A DNA stretch of 64,000 nt from NCBI GenBank assembly GCA_965224025.1, contig OZ245033.1, positions 2,208,001 to 2,272,000 on the forward strand. The letters are read 5' to 3'. Below are positions 34,258 through 44,080 of the stretch, piece after piece. Both the position numbers and the translations under genes were made by a program. The notes beneath the pieces were generated by a model. It searched no databases. It was not told where the DNA came from and worked only from the letters and a program-made list of their open reading frames with translations. Position 1 is the first letter of the stretch. Every line of letters begins with the position of its first letter. Source of the DNA: Candidatus Multivorans sp. (GTDB lineage Bacteria > Acidobacteriota > Thermoanaerobaculia > Multivoradales > Multivoraceae).

Positions 34258-35643
34258 GTGGGCGTCGAGAGTTTCCGCAACATCTTTGTGATTCCGGATC
34301 TCCGGAATCGGGTGTTGTTCATGTTCGGCCTGCTGGCCGTCTACCGCATCGGCTGCATCATTCCGACGCCGGGGATCGACCCCCAGGCCCTGCTCGAGTT
34401 CATGGACCAGATGCAGGGCACCGTGCTGGGGTTCGTCAACACGTTCACCGGCGGCAGCCTGGGCCGGGTGGCCATCTTCGCTCTCGGCATCATGCCGTAC
34501 ATTTCGGCGTCCATCATTCTGCAACTGCTGACCGTGGTCTGGCCCTACCTCGAGAAGCTCTCGAAGGAAGGCGAGATGGGCCGGCGGAAGATCACCCAGT
34601 ACACACGGTACGGAACGGTGATCATCTCGATCATTCAGGGCACGAGCATCGCCTTCTTCCTGGAAAACCTGACCTCGCCGGGAGGCGCGCCCCTGGTCTT
34701 CAACCCCGGCCTCGGGTTCAAGTTCATGACCGTGCTCTCGCTCACCACGGGCTGCGCATTCGTGATGTGGCTGGGCGAGCAGATCAGCGAGCGCGGCATC
34801 GGCAACGGCATTTCCCTGATCATCTTCGCCGGCATCGTCGTGGGTCTGCCGGGCGCCGTGCTGACGCTCTTCAGTCAACTGCAGAGCGGCGCCATGTCCC
34901 TGCTCAAGATCCTCTTCCTGTCGGCATTCATGCTCGTGGTCGTCGCCTTCATCGTCTACATGGAGCGGGCGCAGCGGCGCATTCCGGTGCAGTACGCGAA
35001 GCGGATCGTCGGCCGGCGCCAGTACGGCGGACAGAGCACCTACCTGCCCCTGCGGGTGAACACCGGCGGCGTGATTCCGGTCATCTTCGCGAGTTCCGTG
35101 GTCACGGTGCCGGCGACCATCGCGCAGATGATCCAGTACGAGCCGATCCAGCGGATCTCTGCCGCGCTGCAGTGGGGCCAGCCGGTCTACTACCTGCTCT
35201 ACGTGGCGGCGATCATCTTCTTCTCGTACTTCTACGTCTCGATCATCTTCAACCCGAACGATCTTGCCGAGAACATGCGCAAGTACGGCGGGTTCATTCC
35301 CGGCATTCGCTCGGGCAGGCGAACTTCGGAGTACATCGACCGGGTTCTGACCCGGCTGACCCTGGTCGGCTCCCTGTACCTGGCGGGCGTTTCGGTGTTG
35401 CCGGAGTTCCTGATCGCCGGCTTCAAGGTCGGGGGGCTGCCCTTCATCGGTGGCGCCCTGGACCGGGTGGCGCCCCTCTGGTTGACCGAGGGCATGGGGA
35501 TCAACTTCTACTTCGGCGGCACGTCGCTGCTGATCGTCGTGAGCGTGGCCATGGACACGCTGCAACAGATCGAGAGCCAGCTCGTGATGCGCAACTACGA
35601 GGGCTTCATGAAGCGGGGCCGGATCCGGGGTCGCCGTGGCTGA
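34258..35643 (+). CDS. secY: Preprotein translocase subunit SecY
   Basis: FALGIMPYISASII, GIGNGISLII, GGTSLLI. Confidence 0.99.
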   Translation: MGVESFRNIFVIPDLRNRVLFMFGLLAVYRIGCIIPTPGIDPQALLEFMDQMQGTVLGFVNTFTGGSLGRVAIFALGIMPYISASIILQLLTVVWPYLEKLSKEGEMGRRKITQYTRYGTVIISIIQGTSIAFFLENLTSPGGAPLVFNPGLGFKFMTVLSLTTGCAFVMWLGEQISERGIGNGISLIIFAGIVVGLPGAVLTLFSQLQSGAMSLLKILFLSAFMLVVVAFIVYMERAQRRIPVQYAKRIVGRRQYGGQSTYLPLRVNTGGVIPVIFASSVVTVPATIAQMIQYEPIQRISAALQWGQPVYYLLYVAAIIFFSYFYVSIIFNPNDLAENMRKYGGFIPGIRSGRRTSEYIDRVLTRLTLVGSLYLAGVSVLPEFLIAGFKVGGLPFIGGALDRVAPLWLTEGMGINFYFGGTSLLIVVSVAMDTLQQIESQLVMRNYEGFMKRGRIRGRRG

Positions 35644-36208
35644 TTCTCTTCGCATCGTGCTGCTGGGAGCTCCCGGTTGCGGCAAGGGCACCCAGGCCGA
35701 ACGCCTGGAGGTGTCGCTCGGCGTGCCGGCCATCTCGACCGGCGAGATGCTGCGGGCCGCGGTCGCCGCGGGCAGCGAGCTGGGCCGGCGTGTCGAGGGT
35801 GTGATGGCCTCGGGCGCTCTGGTCGACGACGATCTGATGGCCGAAGTGGTTCGCGACCGGCTGGCTCGGGCCGATACGGTCGCGGGTTTCCTGCTCGACG
35901 GTTATCCGCGCACCGCGCCGCAGGCCGACACCCTGGACGAGATCCTGAAGGGCGGGGCACTCGATCACGTGGTGACGATCGACGTGCCGGACGAGGTTCT
36001 CGTTCGGCGTTCCGTGCTGCGCGGCCGCGGCGACGACGACCGCGAAGAGGTCGTGCGCGAACGGCTGCGGGTCTACGCCGCGCAGACCGAGCCCCTGATC
36101 GCTCACTACGAGGGCCTGGGGCTGCTGCGCCGCGTCGACGGCAACGTCCCCATCGAACAGGTCACGACCGCAATCGAGGCGTCGCTGGCGGAAGGGAGAG
36201 CCGCCTGA
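35636..36208 (+). CDS. adk: Adenylate kinase, short-LID type
   Basis: GAPGCGKGTQ, ISTGEMLR, LDGYPRT; LID reduced to RGRGDDD. Confidence 0.95.
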   Translation: MADSLRIVLLGAPGCGKGTQAERLEVSLGVPAISTGEMLRAAVAAGSELGRRVEGVMASGALVDDDLMAEVVRDRLARADTVAGFLLDGYPRTAPQADTLDEILKGGALDHVVTIDVPDEVLVRRSVLRGRGDDDREEVVRERLRVYAAQTEPLIAHYEGLGLLRRVDGNVPIEQVTTAIEASLAEGRAA

Positions 36209-36964
36209 TGGTGACGCTCAGGACCGAAGAGGAACTCGACCTGATGGACCGCGCCAACGGCATCGTTCTGGAAGTGCTGGCTTCCCTGGAGCAGCGGCTG
36301 CGCCCCGGGATGACCACGCGCGAACTCGATGTCCATGCGGAAACGGCGATTCGTGAGCGTGGCGGCCGGCCGGCGTTTCTCGGTTACCGGGGGGTTTCCG
36401 GGCAGCCTATGCACTTCGGTGAACGATGTGATCGTCCACGGCATCCCGGACGACGTGCCTCTCGGGGACGGAGACATCGTCAGCATCGACTGCGGGGTGG
36501 AGTTTTCGGGGTACTATGGCGACGCTGCGCGCACGTACCGTGTAGGTGCGGTCTCGGAGCAGGCCGCGGGCTTGCTGGAAGTCGCTCGCCGGGCCCTGGA
36601 TGTGGCTCTGGAATGCGTGGCGCCCGGCAGGTGGCTGCACGACATCGGTCGAGCGGTCGAGCGGTACGTCAAGGGTCACGGGTACTCCGTGGTTCGGGAT
36701 TTCGTCGGTCACGGTATCGGTTCCGCGCTACATGAGGAACCGGAAGTGCCGAACTACCGTTGCCGGGGTGGTGGCATGGAGTTGCGGTCGGGAATGGTCT
36801 TGGCGATTGAGCCCATGGTCAACGCTGGAAGCCGGGCCGTGAAGATGGACGGAGATGGTTGGACGGCGAGAACGAAGGATGGATCGTTGTCGGCTCATTT
36901 TGAGCACTCGGTCGCGGTGACAAAGGCCGGAGCGCGCGTACTGGGCCAGGAGGCCGCGCCGTAG
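36208..36964 (+). CDS. map: Methionine aminopeptidase type I (apparent +1 G frameshift at 36389-36394, probably a sequencing error)
   Basis: ...AFLGYRG then FPGSLCTSVN..HGIP, D..RT, GHGIG, HEEP, AIEPM, SAHFEH. Confidence 0.93.
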
Positions 36965-37111
36965 AACGATGCGGAGCGAAGCTCGGAGACGCAGCGCTCC
37001 CGGCGAGGTGGGGGATGGGGCCGCAGGACCTGCAGATTCCGGCCGAGCCTGCGAAGGGTTTGGAGGCGCTGGCGGCTTGAACCTGAGAGGTAGCAAGAGG
37101 ACGAAGGGAAC

Positions 37112-37339
37112 TTGGGCGTGAAGAAGGAAGAGGCGATCGAGGTCGAGGCAACCGTGGTGGAGACACTGCCGAACGCAGTCTTCAAGGTCGAGCTTGACAA
37201 CAAGCACCAGGCCTTGGCCCACATCTCGGGAAAGATGCGCAAGCACTTCATCCGGATTCTTCCGGGGGATCGCGTTCTGGTCGAACTTTCGCCCTATGAC
37301 CCCGGCCGTGGCCGGATCGTATACAGGCTGCGGACCTGA
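37112..37339 (+). CDS. infA: Translation initiation factor IF-1
   Basis: [26 protein letters not shown]. Confidence 0.97.
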   Translation: MGVKKEEAIEVEATVVETLPNAVFKVELDNKHQALAHISGKMRKHFIRILPGDRVLVELSPYDPGRGRIVYRLRT

Positions 37340-37369
37340 CGGTCGGTTCGGAACCTGAGGAGAACCATC

Positions 37370-37483
37370 ATGAAGGTGCGGGCGTCAGTGAAGAGGATGT
37401 GCGTGAAGTGCAAGGTGGTCCGGCGTCGCGGAGTTATCCGCGTCATCTGTGAGAACCCCAAGCACAAGCAGCGGCAGGGCTGA
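37370..37483 (+). CDS. rpmJ: 50S ribosomal protein L36 (Zn-binding form; not in ORF track)
   Basis: [37 protein letters not shown]; GAGGAG SD. Confidence 0.97.
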   Translation: MKVRASVKRMCVKCKVVRRRGVIRVICENPKHKQRQG

Positions 37484-37504
37484 GAAGAACGGGAGAGAGC
37501 TGGA

Positions 37505-37885
37505 ATGGCGAGAATCGCGGGGATCGATCTACCGCAGAACAAGCAGGTCGGCATCGGCCTCACCTACATCTACGGCATCGGCCGCTCACGGGCGCTCGTG
37601 CTGCTGGATCAGGCGGGTGTCGCGGCCGAGATCAAGGTCAGGGATCTGACCGAGGACGAGACGGGCCGGATCCGCCGGGTCGTTCAGGAGGCGGGGTCTG
37701 TAGAGGGAGACCTGCGCAAGGAAGTGACCCAGAGCATCAAGCGTCTGATGGAGGTCGGCAGTTACCGCGGTGTCAGGCATCGCAAGGGCCTGCCCGTCCG
37801 AGGCCAGCGCACGCACACCAACGCGCGTACCCGCAAGGGACCGCGGCGTGCCACCGTGGCCGGCAAGAAGAAGGTCGGGAAGTAG
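37505..37885 (+). CDS. rpsM: 30S ribosomal protein S13
   Basis: [28 protein letters not shown]. Confidence 0.98.
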   Translation: MARIAGIDLPQNKQVGIGLTYIYGIGRSRALVLLDQAGVAAEIKVRDLTEDETGRIRRVVQEAGSVEGDLRKEVTQSIKRLMEVGSYRGVRHRKGLPVRGQRTHTNARTRKGPRRATVAGKKKVGK

Positions 37886-37917
37886 GCGAGAGAGGACTAC
37901 CGGAGACACAACACTAG

Positions 37918-38295
37918 ATGGCAAAGTCGAGGAAGAAGGAGAAGCGCGTCGTGCCCCACGCCGTGGCGCACGTCAATGCGACCTTCAACAACACACTGGT
38001 CTGCATCAGCGATCCGGATGGCAATGTTCTGACCTGGTCGTCGTCGGGCCGAAACGGCTTCAAGGGGTCGCGAAAGGGAACGCCGTTCGCGGCTCAAGTG
38101 GCCGCGCAGGCGGTCGGCTATCAGGCCAAGGACCTGGGCGTGCGGTCGGTCGACGTGCTGGTCAAGGGTCCGGGAGGCGGGCGCGAATCGGCCGTCAGGG
38201 CTCTGCAGGCCACCGGCATCAGCATCCGATCGATCCGTGACGTGACGCCGATTCCGCACAACGGCTGCCGTGCCCGGAAACGGCGTCGGGTCTGA
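37918..38295 (+). CDS. rpsK: 30S ribosomal protein S11
   Basis: [30 protein letters not shown]. Confidence 0.98.
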   Translation: MAKSRKKEKRVVPHAVAHVNATFNNTLVCISDPDGNVLTWSSSGRNGFKGSRKGTPFAAQVAAQAVGYQAKDLGVRSVDVLVKGPGGGRESAVRALQATGISIRSIRDVTPIPHNGCRARKRRRV

Positions 38296-38372
38296 ACGCG
38301 GTATCGCTGCCGGTACTGCACCGAGACATCAACGTTTCAACCTGGAACGCAATCGAGATTGTAGGAGTGAAC

Positions 38373-39359
38373 ATGCTCTGGAAGGGATTTCAACGCCCGA
38401 AGCGGATCGAAATCGATACCGAGACTCTGACCGATACGTATGGCAAGTTCTCGGCCCAGCCGTTCGAACGCGGCTTCGGCTCTACCGTTGGCAATGCACT
38501 GCGTCGTAGCCTCCTGTCGGCAATCGAAGGCGCCGCGATTACCGCGGTGCGGATCGACGGCGCGCTGCACGAGTTCTCTTCACTCGAAGGGGTGGTAGAG
38601 GACGTCACGGACATCATTCTGAACCTGAAACAGGTGCCGCTGCGGTCCTTCGACGGAACGACGCGCGTGATTACGCTGGATGTGTCGGGCCCGCGCGAAG
38701 TGACCGCCGGTGACTTCAACGGCGACCCGAGCGTCGAGATTCGCGACCCGAACAGCAAGGTGGCGACGCTGAACGAACGGGGCCGGCTCCGCCTCGAGGC
38801 GCAGGTCAAGAACGGACGCGGCTACGTCGGCGCGGACCTCAACCTCGACGAGTCGATGGGGATTGGCTGGATTCCGCTCGACTCCGTCCACAGCCCGGTG
38901 AAGCGCGTGAACTACCGCGTGGAGGCGGCGCGACTCGGCCGGACCACCGACTACGAGCGACTGATCGTCGAGGTCTGGACGGACGGAACGGTGACGCCGG
39001 AAGAGGGAGTATCCCGTGCCGGCGCCCTGCTGCGCGACCACCTGACGATCTTCATCGACGCCGAGGAGAGCCTGGTCGTCGAAGCCGCGGCCGAGGAGGA
39101 AGTCGACGGGAGCGACCTCGGCACCCTGCTCCGGAGGGAGATCGACGATCTGAACCTGAGTGTTCGTTCGGCGAACTGCCTGAGGAACGCGAACATCAAC
39201 ACGGTGGGCGACCTCGTCGCGCGGAGCGAGAAGGAGATGCTGGAAACGAAGAACTTCGGCCGCAAGTCGCTCGAAGAGATCCAGAAGGTGCTCGACAGGA
39301 TGGGACTCTCCTTCGGCATGGAGGTTCCGGAGAACGCGGAGAGCGGCGTCCAGGCCTGA
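38373..39359 (+). CDS. rpoA: RNA polymerase alpha subunit
   Basis: PFERGFG.TVGNALRR, HEFS, SVRSANCL, NFGRKSL. Confidence 0.98.
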   Translation: MLWKGFQRPKRIEIDTETLTDTYGKFSAQPFERGFGSTVGNALRRSLLSAIEGAAITAVRIDGALHEFSSLEGVVEDVTDIILNLKQVPLRSFDGTTRVITLDVSGPREVTAGDFNGDPSVEIRDPNSKVATLNERGRLRLEAQVKNGRGYVGADLNLDESMGIGWIPLDSVHSPVKRVNYRVEAARLGRTTDYERLIVEVWTDGTVTPEEGVSRAGALLRDHLTIFIDAEESLVVEAAAEEEVDGSDLGTLLRREIDDLNLSVRSANCLRNANINTVGDLVARSEKEMLETKNFGRKSLEEIQKVLDRMGLSFGMEVPENAESGVQA

Positions 39360-39402
39360 CGGCCTCTGGACCGCTCTAGAGCTTTCCCGGGAAGGAGCGA
39401 AG

Positions 39403-39765
39403 ATGCGTCACGGAGTTGGCTACAAGAAACTGGGCCGGACCACGGCCCACCGGCGGGCGATGTTCCGCAACATGCTCGCCTCCCTGGTCGTACACGGCCG
39501 GATCCGGACCACGCTGGCCAAGGCCAAGGCCCTGCGCCCGGTGGCCGAGAAGCTCATCACCAGGAGCCGCGAGGACTCCGTCCACGCCCGGCGCCTGGTC
39601 CGCCGCTGGCTCCCCAACCGCGACCACGTCAAGAAGTTGTTTGACGAGATCGCCCCCCGCTACGCCGACCGCCCCGGCGGCTACCTCCGCATCACCAAGC
39701 TCGGCCCTCGCCGCGGCGACGCCGCCGAACTGGCCGTCATCGAGTTCGTCGACACCGACGAGTAG
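39403..39765 (+). CDS. rplQ: 50S ribosomal protein L17
   Basis: MRHG, IRTTLAKAK, RPGGYLRI, RRGDAA. Confidence 0.98.
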   Translation: MRHGVGYKKLGRTTAHRRAMFRNMLASLVVHGRIRTTLAKAKALRPVAEKLITRSREDSVHARRLVRRWLPNRDHVKKLFDEIAPRYADRPGGYLRITKLGPRRGDAAELAVIEFVDTDE

Positions 39766-39811
39766 CGGTGCCGCGCCGTCGCGCGTCGGCGTGGCGTGGC
39801 GGCGTCGGTTC

Positions 39812-39995
39812 CACCCGCCTGCAGCGGGCCGAAGGAGGGGGTCCCAGCGGCCGCTCGCGCTCTCTGGGTGAAAAGAGGGGGTTGCGCTCGCTTCGGTCGG
39901 CTGCGCTCCGGTTTGGCGTCGGACGATGTGTGGGCGTCGGCCGTCGCTTGCCGACAGCCCGCAGGGACCCCCTCCTTCGGCCCACTGCAGGCTGG
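39812..39995 (+). repeat. ~183-bp hairpin (MITE/REP-like) repeat, copy A
   Basis: Terminal IR 39817-39845 / 39964-39992 (28/29); core GGGGGTTGCGCTCGCTTCGGTCGGCTGCGCTCCGGT shared with copy B. Confidence 0.85.
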
Positions 39996-40038
39996 GCGTC
40001 GCCGGGCAACGGCGCACTTCGACCAGGCCCAGCTAGCA

Positions 40039-40125
40039 GCTAGCGCGGCAGAAACTGGGTGCGCCGGCCTTCTGGCCGGAAGCCGGCGCAAAGCGCCGGC
40101 TTCCGGACCTTTCTGCGGCGCTAGC
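40039..40125 (+). terminator. Nested stem-loop, candidate terminator of the alpha operon
   Basis: 14-bp stem CCGGAAGCCGGCGC-AAA-GCGCCGGCTTCCGG (40076-40106) inside a 15/16 outer IR; weak U-tract. Confidence 0.45.
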
Positions 40126-40176
40126 CGAACCGGACGGCTAAGCTTCGCCGCTGAGACAAGGCCAAAGGAGCCGCGC

Positions 40177-41166
40177 ATGCCACTCGAAGTGAAGCTCTGG
40201 AAGATCGATTCCGACCGACTCCAGCCGGTGCGACAGTCGCGCCTGGATCTGGAAGGGCGGCTCGAAGAGTGGCTCCGTGGGGATATTCGACTGCTGAGCG
40301 ATGACCTATTGGTCATCGGTTGGCAGATTGCGAGATACGGCGTGCCTCTGGATCTCCTCGCGGTGGATCGAGACGGCAACTTGGTGGTTGTGGAGTTGAA
40401 GCGGGACCGGACGCCCCGGGACGTGGTTGCGCAGGCTCTGGACTATGCCTCTTGGGTACAGGAGCTTGGTAGAGACGATGTCGAAGAGTGCGCCCGCGAG
40501 TACTTGAAGGAGCCTTTCGAGGTGGCCTTTCAGAGGAAGTTCGGTGACGAACCACCAGAGGTCGTCAACGAACGACACCGCATCTACATCGTGGCGTCGT
40601 CGCTTGACGACACGACGCAGAGGATCGTCGAATACTTGTCCTCGACGCATGGCGTGGACATCAACGCGGCAACGTTCGCATACTTCAACACGGACGACGG
40701 TGAGTTCGTGGCACGCTCTCTGCTGCTCGACGAGGAGGATGTGCAGAGACGCGCCAAGGCGCGGACTGGGGCGAAGCGGCGGCCGGCGCGGAGCGAGGAC
40801 GAACTGCGCGCCCTCGCCGAGAAGAGCGGTGTTGCGGACCTGTGGGATGTGGCCGTGAGCGGGTTCGGAGGCGTCCTGCGAAAGCAGAGGAGCCGGACAA
40901 CTCTCTGGTTTCAGGTCAAGCTGGAGGAGGGCTACAGCGCCATCATCTCAGTGTTCCCCGAGGCAAGCTCGCGCGAGAAGGGACTGGCGGTGGCGGTCGT
41001 CACAGAACGCATCGCGCGGCACTTTGGCATTGCCGAGGACAAGATCAGGGCGATCTGCGGCGACAGTACGGAGGCGTACTTCGGAACGTGGCACTCTCCT
41101 GACGATTGCTTCCATCTCGACGAGGAGAAGCTGCCGCGTCTGGTCGCGCTGATCACGGAGCAGTAG
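40177..41166 (+). CDS. NucS-like (DUF91-type) PD-(D/E)xK endonuclease
   Basis: E..LEEW, LDLLAVD.DGNLVVVELKR, AQALDY; AAGGAG SD before ATG 40177. Confidence 0.8.
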   Translation: MPLEVKLWKIDSDRLQPVRQSRLDLEGRLEEWLRGDIRLLSDDLLVIGWQIARYGVPLDLLAVDRDGNLVVVELKRDRTPRDVVAQALDYASWVQELGRDDVEECAREYLKEPFEVAFQRKFGDEPPEVVNERHRIYIVASSLDDTTQRIVEYLSSTHGVDINAATFAYFNTDDGEFVARSLLLDEEDVQRRAKARTGAKRRPARSEDELRALAEKSGVADLWDVAVSGFGGVLRKQRSRTTLWFQVKLEEGYSAIISVFPEASSREKGLAVAVVTERIARHFGIAEDKIRAICGDSTEAYFGTWHSPDDCFHLDEEKLPRLVALITEQ

Positions 41167-41202
41167 CACTTAGGTGATGGCTCGGCAAGGGCTAACCCCA
41201 AG

Positions 41203-42142
41203 CTAGGCGGTTGGCCCAAGAAACTTGTCCCCGTCGAAGTGGATCAGGTGATCCGGCACCTCTGCCAGCCAGACTTCGGTTTCCCAGGCGATGGCCTTCA
41301 TGTGCTTGCGGAACTCGTCGAAGTCCGGGAAGGCGCTCACGTACACGGGCTTGACGCGGCAAGACTGTAAGAGGGCCTCGAACTCGGTCAGGCGCTTCCG
41401 GTCGACGGGGCCATGTGACGTCACCGCCTCAATGAGGAAGAGCCGGTCGCGGGCGCGGTCGTGGAGGACGATATCGGGCAGCTTGTCGTGCTCCGTCAGC
41501 GGAAGGCCTACTTGAAGGAGGTGTTGCCGGTCGACGTGGAGGTCCTTCTTGGCGGTGTCGCCGAGGTAGAGCACATGGGCGCCAGGGGCGAAGCGCGGAG
41601 CGAACTCCTCGATCACAGCCTTCTGAAGCTCGTTGTGCGAGCCTGGCGAGAGTCGCACCTCTTGGCCGTCGGGGAACCGAATGGGGACCAGGGTCCGGGA
41701 CCGCGAGTCCTCGTACTTTGCGAGCCAGGCGCTTAGGTCGCGGCGAAACGCCGTGACGTTGGGTTCCCATTGGGCGGTCCCGAAAGACTGAACGACCCGA
41801 AGCGCGGCCTCGCTGATGGCGTAGTGAGACCGTGGACTGTTGGTTGGCAGGTCAGGCTCCAAGGGGTTGTGCTCGGCGACGCCCGCGAGTACGAACTGGT
41901 GGAGTACCTGGCGGCGAAACGTCTCGCGGGTGTTTTGGGGCGTAGTCGCCGCCGAAGTGTTCGCGGACGTAATCCATGATGCCCTTGGTCACGGTTCGTC
42001 GGCCGCGTGACGCTTCAGACCAGGAGTCGTGCTCCGTCATTCCGCACAGCGCAAGCAGGGTTAGCCCCGCCATCGCATTCGACTGCGCTGGGGGCATCCC
42101 CAAGCCGCGCAGGATTGCTCGCGCCTCGTCAAGTTTATCCAA
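41203..42142 (-). CDS. BsuBI/PstI-family type II restriction endonuclease (+1 frameshift at T4 run 41933-41936)
   Basis: Restored YAPNTRETFRRQVLHQF, NSP..HY, LSPGSHNELQKAVIEEFAPRF, KLPDIV, IEAVTSHGP, IAWETEVW. Confidence 0.88.
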
Positions 42143-43763
42143 CGACGCACTTCCGGTGAGTGTCGGCGGACAGTGCGTCCGCGATCAATGGGTCGAGATG
42201 GTCGATCGGGTTGGCGAGTTGTCGGACTCGCTCGCCGAGTTCGATGATGAAGTCGCTTGCCGGCAGGGGCATTGCCCGAAGCTCGGTCGCGTTGACCTGA
42301 GTGTGCCCATTCAGACACCTGAAGTAGGTGTCGAGGAGGCGGCTGTTGTAGAGCGCCGCCAACCCCCATGCCTCGTCGTCGGTGAGCGCGCCGGCCTGTC
42401 GATAGATGTAGTTCAGGTGGTTTTCAAGACCCACCAGAGGAACGGGCATGGACTTGGCAACGTAGGGTGCCGCCGAAAGCCGACGGACCTCTTCCTTCGC
42501 GGTAAAGCGGCGCAGGAGAACGTAGTTGCGGTTCGGGAGGAGTAGTTTCTCGGCGCCCTGACGCTTGATGTACTCCGGCTTGTGCCGGTGCAATGGCCAG
42601 GTGACCTGCATTGGGCGTACGTGGTTCATCCAGAGGAGCGGAACGTGCGACTCGGGTACCTCACCCTCGTGATCGACCAGATCCTTCGCGCGGAAGGGGA
42701 CGACCGGTCCGGTGGAGATACGGAGGCCCAGACTGGCCAGTGTGTTCGGCCACGAGTCGACCAGGTCGAGGACCCGGGCATCCTCGTCGGATACGGGCAG
42801 TCGCAGTACGCGGTCGCCGTCGTCGAGATTGAGGGCCGCTTGAAGCGATGTCGTGCGGCGGCAAGAGTCGCTCAGGTCGCTGACGCCGCGGCTGCTGGAG
42901 ATGACAAACGGAGCCTGCCGATCTTGCGGCTGGGAGTTCAGACGGGTGCCATGCAAGATGACATTCTCCTGCAGCACCTCTTCGCGTTTGAAGGCCTCCC
43001 GACGTGATCCGAATGCGTGAACCAGAGTCGGCCGAATGAGGTCGAAGAAGACTTGCCGGAACTGCCGGAAGTACAAGCCGGAGGCAAAGCTCCTCGGCGT
43101 GATGGAGATGAAGTCGCCGTCCGGGCGGACCAGGACGGCGCTGACCGCCATGAACAGGGCGTAGATGTTCGGTTGGCCGTGGACCACGTTGGAAGCGAGA
43201 ACCGCCCGCGGGTCACCCTTGTTGATCTTGAAGTACGGCGGGTTTGAAATGACGATGTCGAACTCGCGGTCATCTGACTCGGACGGAATCAGACTGCCTT
43301 CGAGCCCAAGAGCCTCCGCGTGCTCCATGACGAAGTCTGCGGATTCGATTCGCACGTCGAGTCCGATCCCGTGCTCCTCGCGGCACCACTGTTCGAGGTA
43401 CTCGAGAACGGCCTCCAGCGGTTCTGTCAGCTCAGCGTCTACCTCGTAGGCGACCAGCTCGATCGAACCCGGTGAAGCGTCGCGGTTGGCGAGCGCTTCT
43501 ATCGCCGCGCAACAAAGAGCGCCCGCACCGGCGGCAGGATCCAGGACTCGAAGGCCGTCACCGGCGACTCGGATCTGAGCCGCCATGAAGTCGGCGGCGG
43601 CCACAGGCGTCAAGTAGAGACCGTGCCGCTTTCGGTGCGTTTCCGACCTGGAGGCGACGTAGTACTGGCCGATGCGATCGGCGTACTCCGTGGGTCGCTC
43701 GCGCGGTGCTGGAGGAGGGATGAAGCTGGTTGGGGCCGGTACAGGGCTTGGCTCCACGACCAT
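42135..43763 (-). CDS. Gamma-class N6-adenine DNA methyltransferase (BsuBI/PstI, Eco57I-like)
   Basis: GLYLTP, VLDPAAGAG, ISNPPY, STGPVVPFR, ENHLNY, GHTQVNATEL; overlaps REase start. Confidence 0.9.
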   Translation of the reverse strand: MVVEPSPVPAPTSFIPPPAPRERPTEYADRIGQYYVASRSETHRKRHGLYLTPVAAADFMAAQIRVAGDGLRVLDPAAGAGALCCAAIEALANRDASPGSIELVAYEVDAELTEPLEAVLEYLEQWCREEHGIGLDVRIESADFVMEHAEALGLEGSLIPSESDDREFDIVISNPPYFKINKGDPRAVLASNVVHGQPNIYALFMAVSAVLVRPDGDFISITPRSFASGLYFRQFRQVFFDLIRPTLVHAFGSRREAFKREEVLQENVILHGTRLNSQPQDRQAPFVISSSRGVSDLSDSCRRTTSLQAALNLDDGDRVLRLPVSDEDARVLDLVDSWPNTLASLGLRISTGPVVPFRAKDLVDHEGEVPESHVPLLWMNHVRPMQVTWPLHRHKPEYIKRQGAEKLLLPNRNYVLLRRFTAKEEVRRLSAAPYVAKSMPVPLVGLENHLNYIYRQAGALTDDEAWGLAALYNSRLLDTYFRCLNGHTQVNATELRAMPLPASDFIIELGERVRQLANPIDHLDPLIADALSADTHRKCVVG

Positions 43764-43813
43764 GCGTCGATGGTAGCAACGGCGCCGGCCTCCGGACACA
43801 AGCCCGACGACCT

Positions 43814-43995
43814 CCAGCCTGCTGCGGTCCGGGGAGAGGGTCCCAGGGGGCTGTCGGCAAGCGACGGCCCATGTCCCCCCATGAACCGACACCAGACCGG
43901 AGCGCAGCCGACCGAAGCGAGCGCAACCCCCCCTTTTCACCAAACAAGCGCGAGCGGCCCCTGGGACCCTCTCCCCGGACCGCAGCAGGCGGGTG
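43814..43995 (-). repeat. ~183-bp hairpin (MITE/REP-like) repeat, copy B (inverted relative to A)
   Basis: Perfect 33-bp IR 43817-43849 / 43958-43990; same internal blocks as copy A. Confidence 0.85.
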
Positions 43996-44080
43996 CGTCC
44001 ACCGCACGTCCGCCGCGTGTCAGCCGCGCGCGCCAGCGGCGCGCGCCGCGCGGCGTAGCCGCGCCTCCGGATCCGGCGAG

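Noticed and set aside
36208-36964. map as a pseudogene
   Set aside because: All metal-binding motifs intact; a single extra G in a run; normally essential
39812-43995. Integron attC sites or a composite transposon
   Set aside because: No RYYYAAC/GTTRRRY ends, no integrase or transposase, and no flanking TSD seen
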